Under the pieces are notes generated by a model. The model was not told the DNA's origin. It did not search any database and was given only the letters and a program-made list of their open reading frames with translations. Shown here piece after piece: positions 33,194-44,400 of a DNA stretch of 64,000 nt. The position numbers were made by a program, and so were the translations under genes. The DNA is from Bolinopsis microptera (Eukaryota). How positions within the stretch are numbered: the first letter of the stretch is position 1; the number at the start of each line of letters is the position of its first letter. The stretch lies in NCBI RefSeq assembly GCF_026151205.1, contig NC_087080.1:4938797-5002796 (forward strand), in the 5' to 3' direction.

Positions 33194-35437
33194 ATGTACA
33201 ACAACAAGACTTCAAGGAGGGCGCCCAAGAAAACAAAGATCAACCAAATCTCGGAACCAATGGCCGGGAGAGATATAAATGTAATTATAATATATTATAT
33301 TAATATAATTAATGATTCTGATATTAAGTCTAAATTTTTTGATTCCTTTAAAAGTAATATTGATTGTAGAGTTTTAACTAATAATGCTATTTCTGAAAAT
33401 TCTGATATATTTGGTATATTGAGTAAATGTGCCGTCCAGGTGGTTGGTAAAGTGCCCCCGGGGAAGCCTCATCAGTACAGCGACGATCCAACTGTCGTTA
33501 AACTTTCAGCAGAGAGAAAGTCCCTTCAGCAAGAATGTAGTCTCACAGGGATAAGCGACAGGAGTGACCTCAGAAAAAGAATCAACCATCTCAAACGTAC
33601 CATCAAAAAGAGGTTGAAATCCATCAACGAGGCCACTGCTAACACCCTAGTAGATGTCATCAACAACACCGACAGCTGCAGAAGCATGTTTGAAGCAAAT
33701 AGAACTTTGGCCCAGTGTAGGATGAAGAAAGACGGAGTGACTGTCCACGATGCAGACGGGAACACCTTAGGTTCTGACTCATTAAAAGCAGAAGCTATTA
33801 AAGAATACTTTAATAATGAGTTCAATGACAAAGATGAACCCCACCTCCCAGCATTCATAGACCCTCCTGGAAGCCTCCTCTGTCCCATAACACCTGAAGA
33901 AGTTGGCCGTGCTGTTATGAAGCTGAAATCCGGTAGAGCGTGTGGCCCTGACGGTATACCTAATGAGCTAATGAAAGCTGCTGGATATCCCCTCCACTGT
34001 GAGTTGGCTAGGATCTATAATCTCTCCTTTGAGACCAACACATACATCCCAGCTATTGGAGAAGGTATCCTGACACCCCTTCAGAAGCCAGGAAAACCCC
34101 GAGGTCCGATAAAGTCTATCCGGCCCCTCACATTGCTAAATGGAACTAGAAAAGTCCTATCCCTCGTAGCCTTGAACAGAATCAATTACCACGTTGATAT
34201 GTACACTGGACCTTGGCAGGCGGCATACAAGCAGGGTCGCAGTTGTGCTGACCTGGTATGGTCTCAGAGAATGTTGACATCAGTGGTTACCAGGCGCGAG
34301 TTTGAGTATAGTAAAATCAACATCGACATGACCGCTGCGTTTAATACTATCCGCAGACAGACCATCATCAACCTCCTCATTGATGCAGGATGCTCTAGAG
34401 ACGACATTCGCCTAGTTCAGTACCTCCTCTCAAATACAAAGCTCAAGGTGACGGTCAACAGATCTGAGTCTGGTGAATTTGTGATTAATATTGGCGCTTA
34501 CCAGGGAGACAGTCTGGCAGGTAAAGTGTTTACATTGACCCTTGCCGGTGCCCTGAATCACATCAGAGCCGTGATCAGCGTCACGATTCCTAGACCGAAC
34601 CCCCCAGTCTCTGATAGAGGCCTCCCGTTAGAGTCCGCCTATGCTGACGATGCTGAGCTTCTGAGTGAAGATGGTCAGAGCCTGGTGAAGATACTAGAGA
34701 TTGCCAGTGATATACTGAAGGATTGGAGTCTCTTTGTTAACGAATCAAAGACGGTGTTTACAAGAGTGTATTTGGCAGATACAGATGCTTTAGATGCCCA
34801 TGGCAATAAAATTAGAGGAGATGAAGAGTGGCGAGAGTCAGTGCTATTAGGATCAAAGCTCTGCTCAGAAAGAGATATTGTCAACAGACGCAACAAAGCC
34901 AATGTTGCCTTCTACACCTACAAGAAAGTCTGGTTGAATAGTTCTGTTCAGATCAGTGAGAGTAGAAAGCTGAAGCTGTACGAAGCTCTTGTCACTTCAG
35001 TGTTGTTGTATAACTGTAGCAGCTGTGCTGCTCCTGAAACCGTAATGGCATCTGTCGACGTTCTTCAAAGGAAGCATCTGAGACAGATAATCAACACCTA
35101 TTGGCCTACGGTTATCAGTAACGAGAATTTATACAAGAGATGTAATGTCAGACCCCTTACTGAAAGGATCAAGAAAGCAAGATGGAAGATGCTTGGGCAC
35201 GTTCTCAGAAGCGGTGATGACACTCCCGCCTTCTTATCTTTCAGATTTGCATGTTTAGGATGTTTTGACTACAAAGGAAGGAGGGGCAGACCTCGTTCAA
35301 ATTTATTTGATTTATTATTAAAAGACATTATGACAAAACAAATTATTGTGATTGTAAATAAAAGATTTAGTTTAAGTAATTTCAACGATTTAGTGTACAA
35401 AGCTCATGATAGACGTCTTTGGAGAAGTTATGGGTGA
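33194..35437 (+). CDS. RTE-like LINE reverse transcriptase ORF (747 aa, no endonuclease domain, so 5'-truncated or decayed at the N-terminus)
   Basis: GPDGIPNELMKAAG, RPLTLLNGTRKVLSLVALNRI, IDMTAAFNTIRRQ, YADDAELLSED and the tail KLKLYEALVTSVLLYNCSSCA...ARWKMLGHVLRSGDD...GRRGRP. The N-terminal ~110 aa are low complexity. Confidence 0.7.
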   Translation: MYNNKTSRRAPKKTKINQISEPMAGRDINVIIIYYINIINDSDIKSKFFDSFKSNIDCRVLTNNAISENSDIFGILSKCAVQVVGKVPPGKPHQYSDDPTVVKLSAERKSLQQECSLTGISDRSDLRKRINHLKRTIKKRLKSINEATANTLVDVINNTDSCRSMFEANRTLAQCRMKKDGVTVHDADGNTLGSDSLKAEAIKEYFNNEFNDKDEPHLPAFIDPPGSLLCPITPEEVGRAVMKLKSGRACGPDGIPNELMKAAGYPLHCELARIYNLSFETNTYIPAIGEGILTPLQKPGKPRGPIKSIRPLTLLNGTRKVLSLVALNRINYHVDMYTGPWQAAYKQGRSCADLVWSQRMLTSVVTRREFEYSKINIDMTAAFNTIRRQTIINLLIDAGCSRDDIRLVQYLLSNTKLKVTVNRSESGEFVINIGAYQGDSLAGKVFTLTLAGALNHIRAVISVTIPRPNPPVSDRGLPLESAYADDAELLSEDGQSLVKILEIASDILKDWSLFVNESKTVFTRVYLADTDALDAHGNKIRGDEEWRESVLLGSKLCSERDIVNRRNKANVAFYTYKKVWLNSSVQISESRKLKLYEALVTSVLLYNCSSCAAPETVMASVDVLQRKHLRQIINTYWPTVISNENLYKRCNVRPLTERIKKARWKMLGHVLRSGDDTPAFLSFRFACLGCFDYKGRRGRPRSNLFDLLLKDIMTKQIIVIVNKRFSLSNFNDLVYKAHDRRLWRSYG

Positions 35438-35621
35438 GTCGAGACTACTCGGCCACTCGATTTTATGATTTAATTTATATTATCTTGTGTTTGCTGTAAA
35501 TAGTTGATTAATAATATAGAGCAATATCAAGAAAAGCTATCAATTATGTATCCAAGTTAGCTCCCCAGGAGCACAATTTGGGACAACGTAAATTTTGAAT
35601 GGTATGATTTTGGGCCAAATT

Positions 35622-36415
35622 CAGAGTTGAAAAATACGTGAGATAATTTTTTAAATACGCCGTATTTAACGTTTTTTTGCTTAGAAATAAAATACGTCAA
35701 AAATACGTAAAAATACGTTTGCCTATTTTTTTCGTAATTGCATTCAAAAACTTAATAAGTTATGTCTTTCGTTCGCAATTTTTTCAGGCACATCGTCATT
35801 ACGGTTCAATTTCATTTATTTTGTTCCCTTGAACGGGATTGGAATTTACTTTTGGAATTGAACGCAGAAAAATATTCATATTTGTGTAGAAAATCGTCCG
35901 TAAAAAAGTTTCAATAAATACACAATTAAGAACACAATTACTCAGATGAATCGTAATCATCATTGAAATCACATTTCTCCATGTTTTGGATAAGTCGAAG
36001 GTTGGCATTAATGCCTACTAGCTTTATGGCCTTATCCGTTGCTAGTCTATTTCTGCGTTTATCAACAATATATTCCCAAGAGGACCAGTTAGTTTCACAG
36101 GCAGACACACTACAGACGAGGCTCAGAATTTTAGCGCGCAATAATTCGTATTTGCACGCTTTGGTACGCTTTAGCACGTGCACAGTTCCCTTAAATCATA
36201 CGCGAGGTGATCAACTACAGAGCTACGCGAGTTTTAATCAAACTTTTAACTTGTATAATTAGAAATAGTACTTATTATTTCATTGGAGCTCTTAATGCTA
36301 CAAAATCACTTGTAACGTATTTTAACGAATTTTATTCAGCGAAAATAAAATACGCCGTATTTAACGTTTTTTTGATATTTTATAAAATACGTTAAATACG
36401 TATTTTTCAACTCTG
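35622..36415. mobile_element. Internally deleted (non-autonomous) hAT-superfamily DNA transposon with perfect 18-bp TIRs (cagagttgaaaaatacgt) and an 8-bp TSD
   Basis: Left end gccaaatt|cagagttgaaaaatacgt. Right end acgtatttttcaactctg|gccaaatt. The TSD GCCAAATT lies at 35614-35621 and 36416-36423. Subterminal aaatacg repeats are present. An internal ORF (35938-36183, minus) encodes a hAT C-terminal dimerisation motif: ACETNWSSWEYIVDKRRNRLATDKAIKLVGINANLRL. Confidence 0.8.
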
Positions 36416-36479
36416 GCCAAATTAAAGATCTCAGCTTTCTAACTTTGCAAATTAATGTTGTTGCCATGACTCCATGTGC

Positions 36480-37550
36480 CATGGCTGAATTTAGATTGTA
36501 ATTCACGCGTGCGATCAGTGAACATTACATCACGCGTGATATTGATAAACGACCACCACTAGTAACACTGTTGATTGACGATGTCAAATCCTTCGCAGCT
36601 CGGCGCGGCCCAGTAGTGCATCGCGCTACAAGTAACACTGCTAGCCGGTAACTTTTGCAGGGTTTGGCTTACCTGAGGACCCCAGGCTATTATGTTTATA
36701 AAGATTCGGCGGAATGACAGGCTGAGCGCCGCCCAGTAAGGTTTGGCTTTTTGTGTTATTATATTATTTACTTGCTGTCTGTTGTATTGGAACTCGAAAA
36801 TTTTAGCTTTGTAGCTTACTAACACGCGCGCTGAGTTCCTTCGCAACTTATCACGTCCATTTGCCATTGTTAATGGATTTACCCGGCGCGCGCTACTTAG
36901 ACTAAATTTAGACGAGTATCATTTAACATTTTGTAAGTTTATAACTTACCAAGCTAGACGTGAATACGAGCGCCGAGTTGGACGGTCGCGATTAGATTTT
37001 GACCGTTCTGTGTACATGCTTATAGTTATACGTTTTATTATATGAGTAAGCTGTGGTATTGTGAATGTAAGCTATACCAATGTATTTTACGCTGATTTCA
37101 AATAAGACCTTACTTGTCATACGTTGTAGACCTGCCGCGGACGAGTGCGCGGAGCTAGCTGTATCGTGGCTTTCGCCACGATACTACCACTTAGTGAAAC
37201 ACTGAAACGGCAAGCTCCTTGTTACCTGATCTTGAGGGGACGTATGACACCTCGTTAACCCAATCAATGTCTGGAAGGCTGCACATTTTCATATGCCAAA
37301 AACTTAAGATTCTCGTTGTGCGAGATGACGATAAATACTTACCATTAAAATCAAAATCAGCATTTACAAATGTTCACAGAACGGTCGAAATCTAATTGCA
37401 ACCGAGTTGGACTCGAGTATCACCCGTGAACCGTTAACTTAACGGGTGATACTCGTAAAATATCTGTTCCATATATTGGGACCGTCGACGAGTCCAACTC
37501 GGCGCGCGTCCTGGTAGGTTGTAAACCTACAAACCGTTAACTAAAATAGT
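36480..37550. repeat. Cluster 2 of the GC-rich modular repeats (shares modules with 19420-21210 and 55630-57810; internal inverted repeat 36960-37010 / 37375-37425)
   Basis: cgatgtcaaatccttcgcagctcggcgcggcccagtagtgcatcgcgc and ggaccccaggctattatg...cggcggaatgacaggctgagcgccgcccagtaa. Also gtcatacgttgtagacctgccgcggacgagtgcgcgg and cgtcgacgagtccaactcggcgcgcg (compare 56430-56470). Confidence 0.65.
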
Positions 37551-38454
37551 TCTCCAACATAACTCACCATATTTAACCCGGCCAACATAATATATAACTC
37601 TCCTAATTCAAGACTCAGATCTCCGCTAAGCCAAGACGTTATTTCAAAGCTAAAGAGCCAAAAGTTTGAGCTATTAAGCCAGAAATCTGAGCAAGTTATT
37701 CATAAACCTAAGCCTGTAATCCATAATCCATATATCTGAGCTAGTGAGCCAAATATATGAGTTAAATTGTACCTGGACTCGCGGATTGCCTGTTTTATTG
37801 TTTATGAATTGCGAATGTCAAAAGTGATTTTTGGCCTAAAATGTGATTATATTTAATCAACGGATTGCACTGGCTAACTTTTATGAATGATCCCTCAATT
37901 CTTTCTGATCCCATATATATATATCATTTCGTAGAGCCACATATTGAAGAGTTGAAGGAACCACAAATAATTATTTAATTAACTTTTAAAACCGAAATAC
38001 ACTGTATATGCTACTACAACTACAAGTACAAAGAAACAACCTGATAATTCAAAAATATATTTATTTATTTAGGTATGTGCTCTACTCATTTATATTCACT
38101 TGAAAGGAGAAAAATAACGTCGGTCATCCTACCCAATTAGGTTTAGTGTTTCGGTAAAATACGCTTCATCTAACATCTAAGTTAACGTTGAATAGCATAC
38201 TCAGATATATCTGATATGTTTTGGTTTTGACCACTGATCAGGAAAAGGACTCAGATCATTCAGATTAAATAAACAGTGTAATAATACTGTATGGCGAAAT
38301 AAACAGTAATGCTTGATGAATGTATCCTTCTGATAGTGATAACCAGAAATACGATTTAACTGTAATAGCTATTCAAAACAAAAAGTAACAAATATTAACT
38401 ATAAGTCAAGTAAATTTCACAAAAAAACTGAAAGTTTTGTGAAGATATCATGTA

Positions 38455-38588
38455 TCACCAGTGAAGATATTTTTCTACAATCAATCGGTTGATATATTCA
38501 ACGAGCTCCCCACATTCTATTGTGCCACTGTTGTCATCATCTATTGCTGCTAACAGATGCTTTAAATCTTCTTTAGTAGCTATCACAC
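38455..38588 (-). CDS. EF-hand calcium-binding protein, exon 2 (second EF hand, stop codon)
   Basis: Acceptor aactatgcag|GT. It encodes (G)VIATKEDLKHLLAAIDDDNSGTIECGELVEYINRLIVEKYLHW*. Phase is consistent with exon 1. The total protein is ~90 aa. Confidence 0.5.
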
Positions 38589-38729
38589 CTGCATAGTTGT
38601 ACAATATTTAAAAATACTACTGTAACATATACATGAATTAATCGATTATCCAATCATTGATGGATTTATAATAAAATATCTATTGCATAATAATATATTG
38701 CATAATGATGAAAATATAATCACTCTGAC

Positions 38730-38868
38730 CTAAATTGCTCATCATTTTAGCGAACTCGTCCAACTCCAGTGTTCCGCTTGCGTCATCGTCATACTTATCG
38801 AACAGTACGTAGAGTTCATCCACTTCCGCTTTGGTGAGTGCCGGAGCTCTAGATCTATGATCACCCAT
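38730..38868 (-). CDS. EF-hand calcium-binding protein, exon 1 (start codon, first EF hand)
   Basis: MGDHRSRAPALTKAEVDELYVLFDKYDDDASGTLELDEFAKMMSNL(G). It has the canonical 12-residue loop DKYDDDASGTLE, then donor G|GTCAGA. Confidence 0.5.
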
Positions 38869-39355
38869 TTTAATGCCTTAACTTTGTTTAGTTGTTAAAA
38901 GTTTTGTGATTTATAACGAGAACAGAACAAAACGAAGTGTAAGATTAAAATGGAGGTCGAGAACAGTAACAAAAGCCTAATCTATGTTATGCACATTAAA
39001 ATCCCGATTTACCTTGGGTAATTAATAAATAAAGTGAAGAAAGTTCAGCGAAAGAAGTAGAGACGAGGTGCTATGCACGATAGGCGAACACAGTCGTCAT
39101 GAAAATGTGAACTTGGGATGAAACCAGGACTGTTCGTGGATGAACTAAAAGTGAACTAGTTCTATAAGATGTGATGTACGGAAAACGATCGTGGTAAATC
39201 AGTGAAAGTCTGAGCTTGAAGTGAGTGATGATGCGACAAGTGACCTCAACTATACAAGATATATATGTACTTATAGTTATAGCCGAGGTATTTTGAGATA
39301 AGTAGAGGCGTACTTAGTACTTTAGTGAGACTAATCGACCAAATAGCTTGTGGTA

Positions 39356-40590
39356 AGTACTACTTACCACAAGCGATGTGGTCGATTTACGATTTGTCTA
39401 AAGCTTAACTAAAGTTAAACTAAGGACCTACCTTATCGGACGTTATTTGGCCGGAAATTGCGTGAACGTACATAATTCCAGCGTCCAATATAATGTCCGT
39501 TCAAATAAAGTCCGTTAAATTATTACTAATACTAGTACATTGCACAAAATCCAGGTTGAGTCAACCTGGATTTTGTCGAATACTACCACCTAGGCACCTA
39601 CAGGCCCCTTAGTTTTAAAGACATAAGTATTAGATCTCTTTTTCCTTTTCGACCATAAGTTTTGTCACCTCAATCAAGAAATCTGCTGAATTTCATGATT
39701 TCAATAACAAATAAATTCAGGTTTTGTTCTTTATTCCAGATAAATTTTTAACAGGAATAGTAAAAGAAGAAATGCAAACTCTAAGCATGTAGACAATGTA
39801 AATAAGCATATTTTATTTGTAGTGCTTAAAAAGGAGCATCACGAAATAAGCATCTTACTATTATGAAACTGGTCGGAGTTCGAGCCAAAATTCTTGGCAA
39901 AAAGAAGCCGAAAATTAATTATTTCCGCTCTTCTGTTTTCCTTGCGCTAGTCGCGAACTGTTTCATCTTGCAAGTACTTACCACAAGCGATGTGGTCGAT
40001 TTACGATTTGTCTAAAGCTTAACTAAAGTTAAACTAAGGACCTACCTTATCGGACGTTATTTGGCCGGAAATTGCGTGAACGTACATAATTCCAGCGTCC
40101 AATATAATGTCCGTTCAAATAAAGTCCGTTAAATTATTACTAATACTAGTACATTGCACAAAATCCAGGTTGAGTCAACCTGGATTTTGTCGAATACTAC
40201 CACCTAGGCACCTACAGGCCCCTTAGTTTTAAAGACATAAGTATTAGATCTCTTTTTCCTTTTCGACCATAAGTTTTGTCACCTCAATCAAGAAATCTGC
40301 TGAATTTCATGATTTCAATAACAAATAAATTCAGGTTTTGTTCTTTATTCCAGATAAATTTTTAACAGGAATAGTAAAAGAAGAAATGCAAACTCTAAGC
40401 ATGTAGACAATGTAAATAAGCATATTTTATTTGTAGTGCTTAAAAAGGAGCATCACGAAATAAGCATCTTACTATTATGAAACTGGTCGGAGTTCGAGCC
40501 AAAATTCTTGGCAAAAAGAAGCCGAAAATTAATTATTTCCGCTCTTCTGTTTTCCTTGCGCTAGTCGCGAACTGTTTCATCTTGCAAGAC
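39356..40590. repeat. Tandem duplication, 2 copies of ~613 bp, each with a 31-bp near-perfect palindrome (caaaatccaggttgagtcaacctggattttg); a palindromic junction lies at 39335-39380
   Basis: 39366-39968 is essentially identical to 39979-40588. At the left edge, cgaccaaatagcttgtggtaagtactacttaccacaagcgatgtggtcg forms an imperfect inverted repeat. Confidence 0.85.
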
Positions 40591-41494
40591 TAAAAAGGTA
40601 TCCTTACCATGGGCGCGGCCGGAAACGTTCATTTCAAAATTCAAACTACTGAAGATAATTATAAACAAATAATATATGTAAGTCTGTATGTAAATCTGAT
40701 TTACTTTGCACACCGTTTAACTGTCCAACTGCATCAATTCAAACGTAATCTATTCACAATTATCGTTAATTGGCCACAATTAATTCTCCCGAGGGTTGCG
40801 CGTGAATTCTGCGGAATAGTGACACAGGATAGAACCAGACTGATGAAAAAGACTACAGCTGGAGAGGAGTGGGCTAAGTGGTTTGAAACGTGGCCAAGTT
40901 GCGTCACCTGGCATGACCTAGCATGGACGGCCATAATCGGAGAAAATGTTCTGACGTTCAGCAGAAATGTTTCGGCGACCTCGAAGTGAGCGTTTATTTA
41001 TGAGGGAGACATTTTAGACAAATTTTAATAAAGCTATAAATATCATAGACATAACGTCACTACATACCTGGGTAGTTAATATGATCGTTAGCTCTAATGA
41101 TAGAATAATGGTCCTGTTAATTAACGACTAATGGCTGTTTAGCTGGCAAAATGGATTCCTTGACAATAGAGAAATGGCTCAGTTCACTTCACATAAGTCT
41201 GCGTGCTCGACAAACAGGACATTCTAGGAAAATATCTGATGCATTTCTCTTAAAAGGCTCATATCATTTCGCTCGCTCAAAAATTATCACGTGACTCTGG
41301 TTTTACGGTTTTGCAGCCGAATAAAATAGATTTACATAAGGACACGTTCATTTGAATTTGAGAGTATTGGTCAATATTAGTAACTCTATTAAAAGGCACG
41401 GTAAAGTTAACTTTGTCACAATATAAAACTATATAAACCATTCAACCCTTAATGGTTAGGATAATCGTTTTATCCTCTAGGCAAACTTTGTCAC

Positions 41495-44400
41495 ATAACA
41501 ATTTGAAAATGGGACAGAAGTTTGAAAATACAACTTTTCGTTTTGTTAACCTTTCTGCTGTGAGCCTCCTCCGACCGAGATCATACTTCCAGCACCTCAA
41601 TCGTGTCATATGCCATCTATAGTTGACCGACTAATTTGTTGCGGGTGACAAAATCAGTCAAAACTGTAAAATTTCGGTCCTGGAAATTTCATCTTCAAAA
41701 ACTGAAAATGGGACAGAGATTGGGACAATATGATTTTGCAATTTTATTCGGGATTTTGACTCCCAGTACCTCAATTTGGTTTCATACCATCACCAATTAA
41801 CAGATTAATTTGTATTTGGGCAAAAATTCCATCCAGTCTGTCAAATTTGTGTTCAGAAAATTTCATATTTGAAAATGGGACAGAAGTTTGAAAATACAAC
41901 TTTTCGTTTTGTTAACCTTTCTGCTTTGAACTTCCTCCGACCGAGATCAAACTTCCAGCACCTCAATCGTGTCATATGCCATCTATAGTTGACCGACTAA
42001 TTTGTTGCGGGTGAAAAAATCAGTCAAAACTGTAAAATTTCGGTCCTGGAAATTTCATCTTCAAAAACTGAAAATGGGACAGAGATTGGGACAATATGAT
42101 TTTGCAATTTTATTCGGGATTTTGACTCCCAGTACCTCAATTTGGTTTCATACCATCACCAATTAACAGACTAATTGGTATTTGGGCAAAAATTCCACCC
42201 AGTCTGTCAAATTTGTGTTCAGAAAATTTCATATTTTAAAATGGGACAGAAGTTTGAAAATACAACTTTTCGTTTTGTTAACCTTTCTGCTGTGAGCTTC
42301 CTCCGACCGAGATCAAACTTCCAGCACCTCAATCGTGTCATATGCCATCTATAGTTGACCGACTAATTGGTTGCGGGTAAAAAAATCAGTCAAAACTGTA
42401 AAATGTCGGTCCTGGAAACTTCATCTTTAAAAACTGAAAATGGGACAGAGATTGGGACAATATGATTTTGCAATTTTATTCGGGATTTTGACTCCCAGTA
42501 CCTCAATTTGGTTTCATACCATCACCAATTAACAGATTAATTGGTATTTGGGCAAAAATTCCACCCAGTCTGTCAAATTTGTGTTCAGAAAATTTCATAT
42601 TTGAAAATGGGACAGAAGTTTGAAAATACAACTTTTCGTTTTGTTAACCTTTCTGCTGTGAGCTTCCTCAGAACGAGATCAAACTTCCAGCACCTCAATC
42701 GTGCCATATGCCATCTATAGTTGACCGACTAATTTGTTGCGGGTGAAAAAATCAGTCAAAACTGTAAAATTTCGGTCCTGGAAATTTCATCTTCAAAAAC
42801 TGAAAATGGGACAGAGATTGGGACAATATGATTTTGCAATTTTATTCGGGATTTTGACTCCCAGTACCTCAATCTGGTTTCATACCATCACCAATTAACA
42901 GACTAATTGATATTTGTGCAAAAATTCCATCCAATCTGTCAAATTTGTGTTCAGAAAATTTCATATTTGAAAATGGGACAGAAGTTTGAAAATACAACTT
43001 TTCGTTTTGTTAACCTTTCTGCTGTGAGCTTCCTCCGATCGAGATCAAACTTCCAGCACCTCAATCGTGTCATATGCCATCTATAGTTGACCAACTAATT
43101 GGTTGTGGGTGAAAAAATCAGTCAAAACTGTACAATTTCGGTCCTGGAAATTTCATCTTCAAAAACTGAAAATGGGACAGAGATTGGGACAGTATGATTT
43201 TGCAATTTTAATCGAGATTTTGACTCCCAGTACCTCAATTTGGTTTCATACCATCACCAATTAACAGACTAATTGGTATTTGTGCAAAAATTCCATCCAA
43301 TCTGTCAAATTTATGTTCAGAAAATTTCATATTTTAAAATGGGACAGAAGTTTGAAAATACAACTTTTCGTTTTGTTAACCTTTCTGCTGTGAGCTTCCT
43401 CCGACCGAGATCAAACTTCCAGCACCTCAATCGTGTCATATGCCATCTATAGTTGACCGACTAATTTGTTGCAGGTGAAAAATCAGTCAAAACTGTAAAA
43501 TTTCGGTCCTGGAAATTTCATCTTCAAAAACTGAAAATGGGACAGTGATTGGGACAATATGATTTTGCAATTTTATTCGGGATTTTGACTCCCAGTACCT
43601 CAATTTGGTTTCATACCATCACCAATTAACTGACTAATTGGTATTTGGGCAAAAATTCCATCCAATCTGTCAAATTTATGTTCAGAAAATTTCATATTTG
43701 AAAATGGGACAGAAGTTTGAAAATACAACTTGTCGTTTTGTTAACCTTTCTGCTGTGAGCTTCCTCCGACCGAGATCAAACTTCCAGCAACTCAATCGTG
43801 TCATATGCCATCTATAGTTGACCGACTAATTGGTTGCGGGTAAAAAAATCAGTCAAAACTGTAAAATGTCGGTCCGGAAACTTCATCTTCAAAAACTGAA
43901 AATGGGACAGAGATTGGGACAATATGATTTTGCAATTTTATTCGGGATTTTGACTCCCAGTACCTCAATTTGGTTTCATACCATCACCAATTAACAGATT
44001 AATTGGTATTTGGGCAAAAATTCCACCCAGTCTGTCAAATTTGTGTTCAGAAAATTTCATATTTGAAAATGGGACAGAAGTTTGAAAATACAACTTTTCG
44101 TTTTGTTAACCTTTCTGCTGTGAGCTTCCTCAGAACGAGATCAAACTTCCAGCACCTCAATCGTGTCATATGCCATCTATAGTTGACCGACTAATTGGTT
44201 GCGGGTGAAAAAAATCAGTCAAAACTGTAAAATTTCGGTCCTGGAAATTTCATCTTCAAAAACTGAAAATGGGACAGAGATTGGGACAATATGATTTTGC
44301 AATTTTATTCGGGATTTTGACTCCCAGTACCTCAATTTGGTTTCATACCATCACCAATTAACAGACTAATTGGTATTTGTGCAAAAATTCCATCCAATCT

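Noticed and set aside
33526-33888. 120-aa minus-strand ORF inside the RTE-like RT ORF; likewise 34675-34902, 29375-29611, 30148-30719 and 27395-27595 antisense ORFs
   Set aside because: These are antisense to well-supported TE coding regions, with low-complexity translations and no motifs. They are typical spurious antisense ORFs.
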